Shown here: positions 27,735 through 36,177 of the stretch, one piece after another
How positions within the stretch are numbered: position 1 is the stretch's first letter
How the letters are laid out: the number at the start of each line of letters is the position of its first letter
Source of the DNA: a candidate division WOR-3 bacterium
Lineage (GTDB): Bacteria; Hydrothermota; Hydrothermia; B15-G9
Length of the DNA stretch: 36,823 nucleotides
Reading direction: 5' to 3'
Assembly: GCA_027037615.1 (NCBI GenBank)
Contig: JALVZN010000051.1
Coordinates: forward strand, 1 to 36,823
Notes under the pieces: model-generated
Database searches by the model: none
What the model was told of the DNA's origin: nothing
What the model saw: the letters and a program-made list of their open reading frames with translations, nothing else
Translations under genes and position numbers: made by a program

Positions 27735-28609
27735 AAATGGGCAAATTTGATATTTCCAACATAGACAGAAGATGGATTTACATAACAATTTTGTTGGGAG
27801 CCCTGCTTCCGCTATTCGTTCCGATAACATTCGCTCCGAAGATCTCGCCTGAAGTCAAAGCGGTTTACGACTACATCGATAAACTGCCTCCGGGATCAGT
27901 TATACTGCTCTCGTTCGACTACGGTCCGAGCACTTTGCCCGAAACCGAACCGATGGCGGAAGACATAATGAAACACGCCTTTATAAACGGCGTTCGTGTC
28001 ATCGGGATATCCCTCACCGAGGAAGGGGCTCTCCTCGCCCTTAAAGCTTACAACAATGTCGTCAAAGAATTTGAGAATTACGGAACGATAAAGGTCAATT
28101 ACGGCTACGATTTCGTGTTTCTCGGTTACAAAAGCGGTCGTCAGGCCGTCATCCTGAGCATAGGAGAGGATATAAGAAAAACATTTCCGACCGATTATCA
28201 GGGCACCAGCATTGATGACATCCCCATGATGTTCAATGTTAAGAACTACAAGGACATCTCGCTGGTAGTCGATATCTCCTCAACAAATACGCCCAATGAC
28301 TGGATAACTTACGCTTATTCAAGGTATAAAGTTCCGGTGGCCGTCGGGGTCACAGCGGTGCTTGCAGCAAACTATTATCCGTTCATTCAGACAGGGCAGA
28401 TCATAGGCTTGATCGGAGGCGTTAAAGGTGCGTCCGAATACGAGTACCTCGTAAACCAGAAAATTCAGTCCAACTGGGGGATGAAACCGAAACGAATGCC
28501 CGCAATGCGCAACATGTCAGCTCTTACTGTCGCAGAACTGTTGATAGTGCTGTTCATCATACTTGGTAACATCGGTTACTTTTCCCAAAAAGGCAATAAA
28601 AGGAGGTAG
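27731..28609 (+). CDS. Uncharacterised protein: alpha/beta domain between two TM anchors
   Basis: ATGA overlap with the previous gene; TM at both ends; VILLSFDYGP, FVFLGYKSG, GLIGGVKGASEYE. Confidence 0.85.
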   Translation: MKMGKFDISNIDRRWIYITILLGALLPLFVPITFAPKISPEVKAVYDYIDKLPPGSVILLSFDYGPSTLPETEPMAEDIMKHAFINGVRVIGISLTEEGALLALKAYNNVVKEFENYGTIKVNYGYDFVFLGYKSGRQAVILSIGEDIRKTFPTDYQGTSIDDIPMMFNVKNYKDISLVVDISSTNTPNDWITYAYSRYKVPVAVGVTAVLAANYYPFIQTGQIIGLIGGVKGASEYEYLVNQKIQSNWGMKPKRMPAMRNMSALTVAELLIVLFIILGNIGYFSQKGNKRR

Positions 28610-28615
28610 CCAGTC

Positions 28616-29248
28616 ATGGCTATAAGCTCATCGATATGGGTATGGATAGCAGCATTTTTGACACTGGCAGTATTTTCATTCCTTTACAAAGACAACATCA
28701 TTTACAAAATGGTCGAAGCACTTTTTGTGGGAGTTAGTGCTGGATATTCAATCGTCATCATATTGAAACATTCCTTTGTGCCAAATATCTGGACGCCGCT
28801 TTTCGTCAGCCACAACCTTCTGTATCTGATACCGTTCCTGCTTGGACTTCTTTTCTTTGCAATGCTATCTCGGAAAACTGCTTATCTAACCCATATTCCT
28901 TTCGCTTTCCTGATCGGAAGCGGTGCCGGTTTTGCGCTGCCGCTTGTGTTTCAGACAAATGTCATGGCTCAGGTGAAAGGCACAATGCTGTTCGCTCCAA
29001 GTCACTACTCATCATTGGGAGCCTTCGTCAACGCTCTCATAATCTTCATCGGGGTTCTGACAGTGCTGTTCTATTTCTTTTTCTCAAGGGGCGAGAAAAC
29101 TAACAGGAGCATCATAGTCAAGACCGGGATAGCCTTCATCATGGTGGGATTTGGAGCATCGTTCGGTTACACGGTGATGGCCCGTCTATCCCTACTCGTG
29201 GGAAGGCTATACTTCTTATTTGGGACATGGCTGGGAATCCTTCATTGA
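28616..29248 (+). CDS. Uncharacterised polytopic membrane protein (about 6 TM) with an internal repeat
   Basis: AGGAGG upstream; LTLAVFSFLYKDN...FVGVSAGY and LTVLFYFFFS...MVGFGASFGYTV. Confidence 0.85.
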   Translation: MAISSSIWVWIAAFLTLAVFSFLYKDNIIYKMVEALFVGVSAGYSIVIILKHSFVPNIWTPLFVSHNLLYLIPFLLGLLFFAMLSRKTAYLTHIPFAFLIGSGAGFALPLVFQTNVMAQVKGTMLFAPSHYSSLGAFVNALIIFIGVLTVLFYFFFSRGEKTNRSIIVKTGIAFIMVGFGASFGYTVMARLSLLVGRLYFLFGTWLGILH

Positions 29249-29313
29249 TTTTTGATTTGCAAGGTGCAAATACAGGGGGCTGCCGAAAGTGTGATTATAG
29301 GCCTCTTGCGGAT

Positions 29314-29329
29314 TGGCACACTTATTGCA
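29314..29329 (+). promoter_or_regulatory. Sigma54 (-24/-12) promoter of the pilin gene
   Basis: TGGCAC-ACTTA-TTGCA with canonical GG-N10-GC spacing. Confidence 0.85.
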
Positions 29330-29381
29330 AGAATAATATAGTGGTTCTTTGACAAGAAAGAAAAAAACAGGAGGTAGAACC

Positions 29382-29897
29382 ATGAGGCGTAAAGGCTTTA
29401 CGCTCATAGAGCTTATGATCGTGGTGGCAATCATAGCCATCCTGGCGTCAATCGCCATACCGCAGTACAAGAAGTTCCAGCTCAAAGCCAAGACATCTGA
29501 GGCTAAGAGCAATATCGGCGCAATCAGGAGCGCTGAGGAGACATACTCCGCTGAGCACGATGTGTATCTGAAAGCACAGGCGAGTCCGGGCACGGTGCCG
29601 GGTGCTCAGGCTGCTGATTGGCCTGCCGATGCCGGTGGATTTGATGACATAGGCTTCAAACCTGCTGGCAAAGTTTATTACAGCTACTGGGTAGGTGAAG
29701 ACACAACAACTGCTAATACCAACGACAATGGAACTGTTGTGGCTAATGATAGTGTCAACATCTATATCATGGCAGAAGGCGACCTTGACGAGAACGGCGG
29801 AGCTGGTGAGGCCCCCGCACTCAATGCTAACGATGGTGTGTTCTATGCAAGCGACGAAGATCCCAAGATTAACGATATGCATCCGGGCAAATTCTAA
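29382..29897 (+). CDS. pilA: Type IVa pilin (PilA-like)
   Basis: ATG 29382 follows AGGAGG. Class III signal MRRKG|[22 protein letters not shown] with E5 and P22, then [11 protein letters not shown]. Confidence 0.9.
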   Translation: MRRKGFTLIELMIVVAIIAILASIAIPQYKKFQLKAKTSEAKSNIGAIRSAEETYSAEHDVYLKAQASPGTVPGAQAADWPADAGGFDDIGFKPAGKVYYSYWVGEDTTTANTNDNGTVVANDSVNIYIMAEGDLDENGGAGEAPALNANDGVFYASDEDPKINDMHPGKF

Positions 29898-29924
29898 TAC
29901 GATTATCTCATCTACAGCCGTCAG

Positions 29925-29958
29925 AGGGAGAGGATTTGTTCCTCTCCCTTTTTATTTT
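29925..29958 (+). terminator. Intrinsic terminator after the pilin gene
   Basis: AGGGAGAGGA-TTTGT-TCCTCTCCCT followed by TTTTATTTT. Confidence 0.85.
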
Positions 29959-29967
29959 CCTTGAGCC

Positions 29968-30621
29968 GTGTTTACGGTGTGTTTTCGTGGTACTTCCCCA
30001 TCTCAAGTCCCTCCAGGACAAGTTGTAAACATCTCAAAATTCAAGTCCCTGCCCTTTGTGGATTTCGATCTCATCCCGATTGAACAGGCGAAACGCAGGC
30101 TTTCGAGCCTCAGAAGGCCGATCATCGGCATATTCGATGGCGGCAGCGTGCCACACCGCATCTGGCCATACGACAGGGTGTTACGGCTGATAAAAAGGTT
30201 GAACGAAAGGGGCTACTCGGTGGTCGTTGTCGGCGGCAGAATCGAATTACCGCTATCGCAGATTATCAAAAAGGAGCTCAAACTCCCGAACGACCGTTTC
30301 CTTGACCTCATCGGAAAAACCAGTCTGTCGGAGACCGCGGCCGTCCTAAGTCAATTAGACTTACTGATTTCAACGGATTCATCTCTGCTCCATCTGGGCT
30401 ATGCCGTTGAAACAAAAACAGTTGCATTGTTTGGCCCCGGAATACCCGAAAAATGGGCTCCAAGAGGGCATGGACACATCGTGATTCGCAAAAATCTGCC
30501 GTGTAGCCCGTGCACGAAGTTCGGCTATACGCCTGCCTGCCCCTACGGTTACAGGTGCATGAAGGAGATAAAGGTGGACGATGTGATGGCCGGCGTCGAA
30601 AAGGCGATGAAAGGGGAATAG
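29968..30621 (+). pseudogene. Glycosyltransferase family 9 (heptosyltransferase-like), C-terminal domain only; probably 5'-truncated
   Basis: RIWP, DLIGKTSL, ISTDSSLLHL, VALFGP, PCSPC...C...CM. The N-terminal domain is missing, there is no SD, and the ORF starts right after a terminator. Confidence 0.65.
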
Positions 30622-30646
30622 GGGCGGAGGAAAGCCCCTCCGCCTC
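30621..30646. terminator. Hairpin between the convergent GT9 and AGCS genes
   Basis: GGGGCGGAGG-AAAGCC-CCTCCGCCTC; no clear U-tract. Confidence 0.55.
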
Positions 30647-30647
30647 A

Positions 30648-32054
30648 TCATTTAACGGGTTTGAAGTTGTCGGGATTGCTGATGTAAGCCTTAAGTTCTC
30701 TCATGGCCACCCCACTTAAGAGGAAAAGCGCCACAAGGTTGGGCAGCGCCATGAAGCCGTTGAACACATCCGAGATGTTCCACACGATACCGAGGCTGGC
30801 CACTGCACCTATCGGTATGAGCACAATCCACAGGATTTTATACCAGAAGATGACTTTCGGGCTGTCGAACAGGTATTCAATTCCCTTCTCCCCGTAGAAA
30901 TACCAGCCGATAAGCGTGGAATATGCGAAGAGCGCAAGGCCAAGGTTGACGATCCAGCTGCCGACATTGCCAATTCCGAGCTGGAACGACTTTGCCGTCA
31001 GAGCGGCGCCGTTCAGCTCACCTGTGGAATAAAAACCTGCGACGATTATGACCAATGCCGTCATCGTGCAGATGACGATGGTGTCGATGAACGGGCCGAG
31101 CATTGCGACGATGCCCTCGCGGGCAGGCAGATTGGTTCGAGCCGCCGAATGTGCCATCGGTGCGGTTCCAAGCCCGGCTTCATTCGAGAAAATCCCTCTC
31201 GCAAATCCCATCCTCATTACATAGAGCACAGCCGTTCCAAGTATCGCCCCGCGCGCAGCGTGACCTGTAAATGCCTCTGTGAATATCAACTTGAAGGCGT
31301 CCAACAACTTATCGTAATTGATGACGAGTATTGTCAGGGCGCCGAGCACATAGAAGACGCTCATCGTCGGGGTCAACCTTGATGCGACCTGAGCTATCCT
31401 CTTGATGCCTCCGATGATGACGAGCCCTGTGAGAGCCGCCAGAACGAGCCCTATGACAAGCTTGACATAGAAAAGGGTGTTAGCTGATGCGTTTGCGCCT
31501 GAAATCAATCTGCTCAGCGCATCTGCAACGGAATTCGCCTGCACAGTGTTGCCAATTCCGAACGCCGCAATCGCTGTGCTAAGGGCGAAGAAAACCGCAA
31601 GCCACTTAAAGTTCCAACCGTAGCGCTCCTTGATCCCCATCTCGATGTAATACATCGGGCCACCTTTAACGCTGTCCTTCGTGACCTTACGGTATTTGAC
31701 CGCAAGCGTTGCTGAGGTGAATTTCACTGCCATTCCAAAAAGAGCGGATATCCACATCCAGAAAACGGCGCCTGGCCCACCAGCGTATATGGCGGTGGCA
31801 ACGCCCGCAATGTTGCCCGTGCCGATGGTCGCCGAAAGAGCTGTTGAAAGCGCCTGAAAATGCGTTATGTGCCCCTCGTGCTCAGGACGGTCGAATTTGC
31901 CGCTGATCAGGCCTATCGCATGTTTGAAAAGGCGAATTTGCACGAATTTGGTCCTGATGCTCAAGTATATGCCTGTAAGCAGGATGACGATGATCATCGG
32001 CAGGCCCCACACAAAATCCGAGAGCCAGTTCACCAAGCTTTTCAACACTTCCAT
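30648..32054 (-). CDS. Alanine/glycine:cation symporter (AGCS family)
   Basis: FQALSTALSATIGTGNIAGVATAI, GGPGAVFWMW, GGPMYY, RGIFSNEAGLG, FIDTIVICTMT, MALPNL. Confidence 0.95.
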   Translation of the reverse strand: MEVLKSLVNWLSDFVWGLPMIIVILLTGIYLSIRTKFVQIRLFKHAIGLISGKFDRPEHEGHITHFQALSTALSATIGTGNIAGVATAIYAGGPGAVFWMWISALFGMAVKFTSATLAVKYRKVTKDSVKGGPMYYIEMGIKERYGWNFKWLAVFFALSTAIAAFGIGNTVQANSVADALSRLISGANASANTLFYVKLVIGLVLAALTGLVIIGGIKRIAQVASRLTPTMSVFYVLGALTILVINYDKLLDAFKLIFTEAFTGHAARGAILGTAVLYVMRMGFARGIFSNEAGLGTAPMAHSAARTNLPAREGIVAMLGPFIDTIVICTMTALVIIVAGFYSTGELNGAALTAKSFQLGIGNVGSWIVNLGLALFAYSTLIGWYFYGEKGIEYLFDSPKVIFWYKILWIVLIPIGAVASLGIVWNISDVFNGFMALPNLVALFLLSGVAMRELKAYISNPDNFKPVK

Positions 32055-32074
32055 TTCACCACTCCTGTTTTTAG

Positions 32075-32110
32075 AAAAAGAGCGGCAGGCTGAACCACCA
32101 CCTGCCGCTC
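32075..32110 (-). terminator. Intrinsic terminator between the SSS and AGCS genes
   Basis: Minus strand GAGCGGCAGG-N11-CCTGCCGCTC-TTTTT. Confidence 0.75.
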
Positions 32111-32117
32111 AACCTTC

Positions 32118-33542
32118 TTAATCCTTAACGCCACGAATTGAGTCTATGATGTAGCCTAAGAAAAGGAAGAAAATCGCCGATGCGACGCTTCCATAAGTCT
32201 TATCGATGTGGAACCAGCCAAGCCTGTTGGCTATCACACAGATGAAAATCACTATCGTGCCGCCGATGAACGCCATCTTCACGCCGAGTTTGCTCGTCCA
32301 CGGCCTCAGATAAATGCCAGCAAGTATGACTATTGCGCCTATCGCACGAATCGCATAAGAGACATAGGCGGAATCGAGAATTGCGCCTTTTATGATGATT
32401 GCAAGCGGGATGGTGATGAGGTTTATCCATATCACAAGCTGCCTTGAGGATTTCAACAGCGTTGCGTCATCGGCATCCCGTTTCAGGAGGTTATGGTAGA
32501 TGTCCCTGATGGTTATCGTAACGACGGCGAAGTTCACCGGGCCAACGGTCGAAAGTATTGCGGCCATGATGCCGGCTATGGCAATTCCGCCTATCACAGG
32601 ATGGATGAAATTGGTGCTCATCAAGAGCTTCGGCAGCACCTGTTTTGTGTTCTCTATGGTCGAAGGATCGAAGAACCTGCCCGTTCTGGCTATCAAGCCG
32701 AGGAAAGCGACCATCACGCCGAACGGTGCAATTATCAAACTTGAAAGGACAGCGGCTTTTTTCGCCACGCTCGGCGTTTTCGCGGCGAAGACAGGCTGAA
32801 TGCTTGCCTGTCCGGCCATCCCACCGAGTATCCCACCAAGGAGCAGAGAGAAGGCGTAGCTTATGTTCGTGCTGAACGGGTTATAGAAATTGGACGGCGA
32901 GCCTGTTGCGATCAGTGCCTGCTGCAACCCGTGAAAGCCTCCGATCCTGTGCATGCCTATGACAAAGGCGAGTCCAAGCCCGAGGAACATGGTCACCACA
33001 TGTATGACACCGGTAATCGCTATGGCGTGCATTCCCCCCATGTATGTGTAGAAAGTGATTATCACGGAAGCGATTATCACTCCCCAGAACCAGTTTATGT
33101 CGAACAGCCTTGAGACCACACCGGCGAAGGTCTGAAGCTGCACATAGGAGAGGGTGATGTAGGCTATCAGAAATGCGATGGCGGAAATCGTGCGCACATC
33201 CCGACCGAACAGGTGCTCCAGCATCTCACTTACGGTGTAAACCCCATATTTGCGGTAATGATAGGCCACTGTGAAGCCGATTATGACCATTCCGGTAGCT
33301 GTGGCGAGGTTGTAAAGCATCGGCTGAAGCGTCCCGATCTTGAACGCCTTTTCGCTGACGCCGATGGTGCTCATCCCACCGAGCCATTCAGCTGCAACGA
33401 CAACCGCACATGTGATCACGCCGAGGTTACGACCTGCAATCAGGAAATCTGCGGATGTCCTTGTGGCAAGCTTTTTGGTGAAGACCGATACCAACATGAC
33501 AAACAGGAAATACGCCGTGACTATTGCTATGTACACGATCAT
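32118..33542 (-). CDS. Sodium:solute symporter (SSS) family transporter
   Basis: DFLIAGRNLG, YTYMGGMHAIAIT, AGIMAAILST; about 13 TM. Confidence 0.9.
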   Translation of the reverse strand: MIVYIAIVTAYFLFVMLVSVFTKKLATRTSADFLIAGRNLGVITCAVVVAAEWLGGMSTIGVSEKAFKIGTLQPMLYNLATATGMVIIGFTVAYHYRKYGVYTVSEMLEHLFGRDVRTISAIAFLIAYITLSYVQLQTFAGVVSRLFDINWFWGVIIASVIITFYTYMGGMHAIAITGVIHVVTMFLGLGLAFVIGMHRIGGFHGLQQALIATGSPSNFYNPFSTNISYAFSLLLGGILGGMAGQASIQPVFAAKTPSVAKKAAVLSSLIIAPFGVMVAFLGLIARTGRFFDPSTIENTKQVLPKLLMSTNFIHPVIGGIAIAGIMAAILSTVGPVNFAVVTITIRDIYHNLLKRDADDATLLKSSRQLVIWINLITIPLAIIIKGAILDSAYVSYAIRAIGAIVILAGIYLRPWTSKLGVKMAFIGGTIVIFICVIANRLGWFHIDKTYGSVASAIFFLFLGYIIDSIRGVKD

Positions 33543-33679
33543 CTCTCATCTCCTGGTTTTGTTGTTCTGATGGGACAAAATCTTACTGGAACTCAGCAGG
33601 TTTCTCAAATCTTATCGGCTTATACCCCATGTTATCCGCAACTTACCGTTCATGTATCGGGTTTCCATGTGTATAATCA

Positions 33680-34951
33680 ATGACTATGAAAGCATTAAAG
33701 AAACTCGGGTTAACCAGGGACAGTCTTGCGTGGGCGCTATACGATTGGGCCAATTCAGCTTATGCCACGGTAGTCCTTGCCGCAGTGCTGCCGGCTTATT
33801 ACGCATCTTATGTGGCATCCCCGTTGCCTGCATACCTGAGAACGGCATACTGGGGTTATACCAATTTCATAGCAACGGCCCTGATAGCCATAATCGCCCC
33901 GATAATCGGAGGCATTTCCGACAGGTCCGCCAGCAGGAAAAAGTTCTGGATAGGGTTCGCTCTGCTCGGAATACTCGGAACCGGATTGCTCTACTATGTC
34001 GATAAAGGCGATTACCTCATGGCATCCGCACTGTTCATTGTCTCAATGCTCGGGTTCGGAGCCGCAAATGTGTTCTACGACAGCTTCCTCATTCAGGTTT
34101 CATCGCACAAAACATCCGATTTCGTGTCCAACCTCGGCTACGCTCTGGGCTACATCGGCGGCGGCATATTGCTGGCCATAAACCTCCTGATGATTCAAAA
34201 ACCGCATCTGTTCGGGCTTGAGAACCCGGTTCAGGCTATAAAGATAGGCTTCGTGCTCGTTGCGTTGTGGTGGCTTGTGTTCTCCATACCGTCGTGGATG
34301 CTGATACATGAGGAACGAGAGGAGCACCACATCCCGCTTAAAGAGGCCGCCCTCGATGGAATTGTGCATTTCGTGCGGATATTCAAGGAGATAGTGAAGA
34401 TTAGGAATGTCCTCATTTTTCTGATCGCATACTGGCTATACAACGATGGCATATCGACAATCATCAAGATGGCTGTGGTTTATGGCAAAGAGATAGGCAT
34501 CGGGAACGACGCCTTAATTCTGGCAATATTGATGGTTCAGTTCGTGGCGGCTCCGTTTGCCCTGTTGTTCGGCGTCATAACGCGCTTCATCCCGACCAAA
34601 TTTGCGCTATTTATCACGCTTGCAGTGTATTCAATCATCGCCGTTTTCGGCTATTACATGAAAGATGCGCACGACTTTTTTATTCTTGCCTTTCTGGTGG
34701 CGACGGTGCAGGGAGGGGCACAGGCGTTGAGCCGCAGCATGTTTAGCAGGTTGATACCTCCGGAGAAGAGGGCCGAATATTTCGGTTTCTTCTCCATGTC
34801 AGGCAAGTTTGCGAGCATATTTGGGCCGCTCCTCATGGGGATAGTGACACAGGAGACGGGCTCCGGCAGGAACGGCATCCTCATTCTGGTCGTGCTGTTC
34901 GTGCTTGGAGGGATTGTTCTCGGTTTTGTGAAGGAGAAACCGGCGACATAG
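33680..34951 (+). CDS. MFS transporter (UMF1/Atg22-like); start may be 33686
   Basis: WALYDWANSAY, NVFYDSFL, GYALGYIGG, YWLYNDG, QALSRSMFSRLIP. Confidence 0.92.
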   Translation: MTMKALKKLGLTRDSLAWALYDWANSAYATVVLAAVLPAYYASYVASPLPAYLRTAYWGYTNFIATALIAIIAPIIGGISDRSASRKKFWIGFALLGILGTGLLYYVDKGDYLMASALFIVSMLGFGAANVFYDSFLIQVSSHKTSDFVSNLGYALGYIGGGILLAINLLMIQKPHLFGLENPVQAIKIGFVLVALWWLVFSIPSWMLIHEEREEHHIPLKEAALDGIVHFVRIFKEIVKIRNVLIFLIAYWLYNDGISTIIKMAVVYGKEIGIGNDALILAILMVQFVAAPFALLFGVITRFIPTKFALFITLAVYSIIAVFGYYMKDAHDFFILAFLVATVQGGAQALSRSMFSRLIPPEKRAEYFGFFSMSGKFASIFGPLLMGIVTQETGSGRNGILILVVLFVLGGIVLGFVKEKPAT

Positions 34952-34954
34952 GCC

Positions 34955-34981
34955 GTTGCGGGCGGCTTCGCCGCCCGCAAC
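34955..34981. terminator. Hairpin between the convergent MFS genes
   Basis: GTTGCGGGCGGC-TTC-GCCGCCCGCAAC, a perfect 12-bp stem. Confidence 0.7.
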
Positions 34982-34989
34982 AATATAAT

Positions 34990-36177
34990 TCACTTCCTCT
35001 TTAGAAGCAGCAGTATTCCAGCTCCAGCGATGAATGATGTCACCGCGCCGTAATAGAACGGAGCCGACGGCGCAATCTTATCCCACAGCAGACCAGCAAT
35101 CACACTGGCAGGCAGCAGAGACAGGCCCATAAGGGTGTGGTAGAGGCCGTAAGCTGTCCCTAACCTCTCAGATGGCACGAAATCGGACACAACGGCCCTG
35201 CCAACTCCTTCCGTCATGGCATAGTAGATGCCATAGACGATGAGGATGAGAAATGCATAATCCATATGCTCATGCTTTATTAAGGCGAGCGAGATATAGA
35301 CAGCAGCGAACACGAGATAGCCAGCGCCTAAGACGAATTTCTTGCCGATTTTGTCGGACAGTGCACCAAGCGGCGTCGCAAGCAAGGCGTAAGACACATT
35401 GAAAATGAGGTATAACATGATTGTGCTTGACTCCGAGAAGCCAATATTTCTGAGCCTCAAGATGATGAATGCATCGCTTGAATTCCCTATTGCAAAGATC
35501 ACAGTGAACACGAGCAGGATGTAGAATTGCGCGGGGAAGCCCCGAAACGACAGCGTCTGACGGGTGCGATGATCCGTCGCCTCCGCCCTGTGCTTTTCCC
35601 TGACGAAAAATATCAGAACGAAGATGGCGATGGCGCCGGGGATGGCCGTCAGGTAGAAAATCGTCCGCAGGCCTTCGGGATTGAATTTGAGTATCAGGTA
35701 TGCGGTCAGTGGGCCGAGTATGGCGCCCAGGGTGTCAAGTGTCCTGTGAAATCCAAACGCCATTCCGGTCGCACCAGATTGAGTTGACTCGGCGATCAGG
35801 GCGTCTCTTGGCGATGTGCGGATCCCCTTCCCGACGCGATCGAGGAACCTGCCGATCAGCACATGCCACCATCGGGTAGAAAGTCCCATGAGCGGCTTCA
35901 CAACATTGGAAACGGTATAACCTGTCAGGATTAGCGCTTTCCTTCTGCGGATCCTGTCGGAGAGGTATCCGGAAAACACCTTCAAAAGACTGGCTGTGGC
36001 CTCCGCAAATCCTTCTATGAGCCCGATGGATGTCGCCGTGGCCTTCAGCACGGACGACAGGAAAAGCGGTATTACAGGGTAGATCATCTCAGATGAGATG
36101 TCCGTGAAAAATGACACGATGCCGAGCGCAACTACATTCTTGCTTATCTTCGCTTTTTGGCCTTCTCTTGCTTCCAA
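34990..36177 (-). CDS. MFS transporter
   Basis: TTG start after AGGAGG; SFFTDISSEMIYP, GYLSDRIRRRK, DRVGKGIRTSPRDALIA, GNSSDAF. Confidence 0.92.
   Translation of the reverse strand: MEAREGQKAKISKNVVALGIVSFFTDISSEMIYPVIPLFLSSVLKATATSIGLIEGFAEATASLLKVFSGYLSDRIRRRKALILTGYTVSNVVKPLMGLSTRWWHVLIGRFLDRVGKGIRTSPRDALIAESTQSGATGMAFGFHRTLDTLGAILGPLTAYLILKFNPEGLRTIFYLTAIPGAIAIFVLIFFVREKHRAEATDHRTRQTLSFRGFPAQFYILLVFTVIFAIGNSSDAFIILRLRNIGFSESSTIMLYLIFNVSYALLATPLGALSDKIGKKFVLGAGYLVFAAVYISLALIKHEHMDYAFLILIVYGIYYAMTEGVGRAVVSDFVPSERLGTAYGLYHTLMGLSLLPASVIAGLLWDKIAPSAPFYYGAVTSFIAGAGILLLLKRK

Noticed and set aside
29382-29897. Pilin as an electrically conductive e-pilin (aromatics at mature positions 1, 24, 27, 50, 57)
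   Set aside because: These positions are common in ordinary type IVa pilins, there are aromatic-free gaps of about 24-25 aa, no cytochrome genes are nearby, and the heuristic is contested.
32055-32117. Glycine riboswitch upstream of AGCS
   Set aside because: The gap is only 63 nt, mostly one hairpin, with no aptamer consensus.
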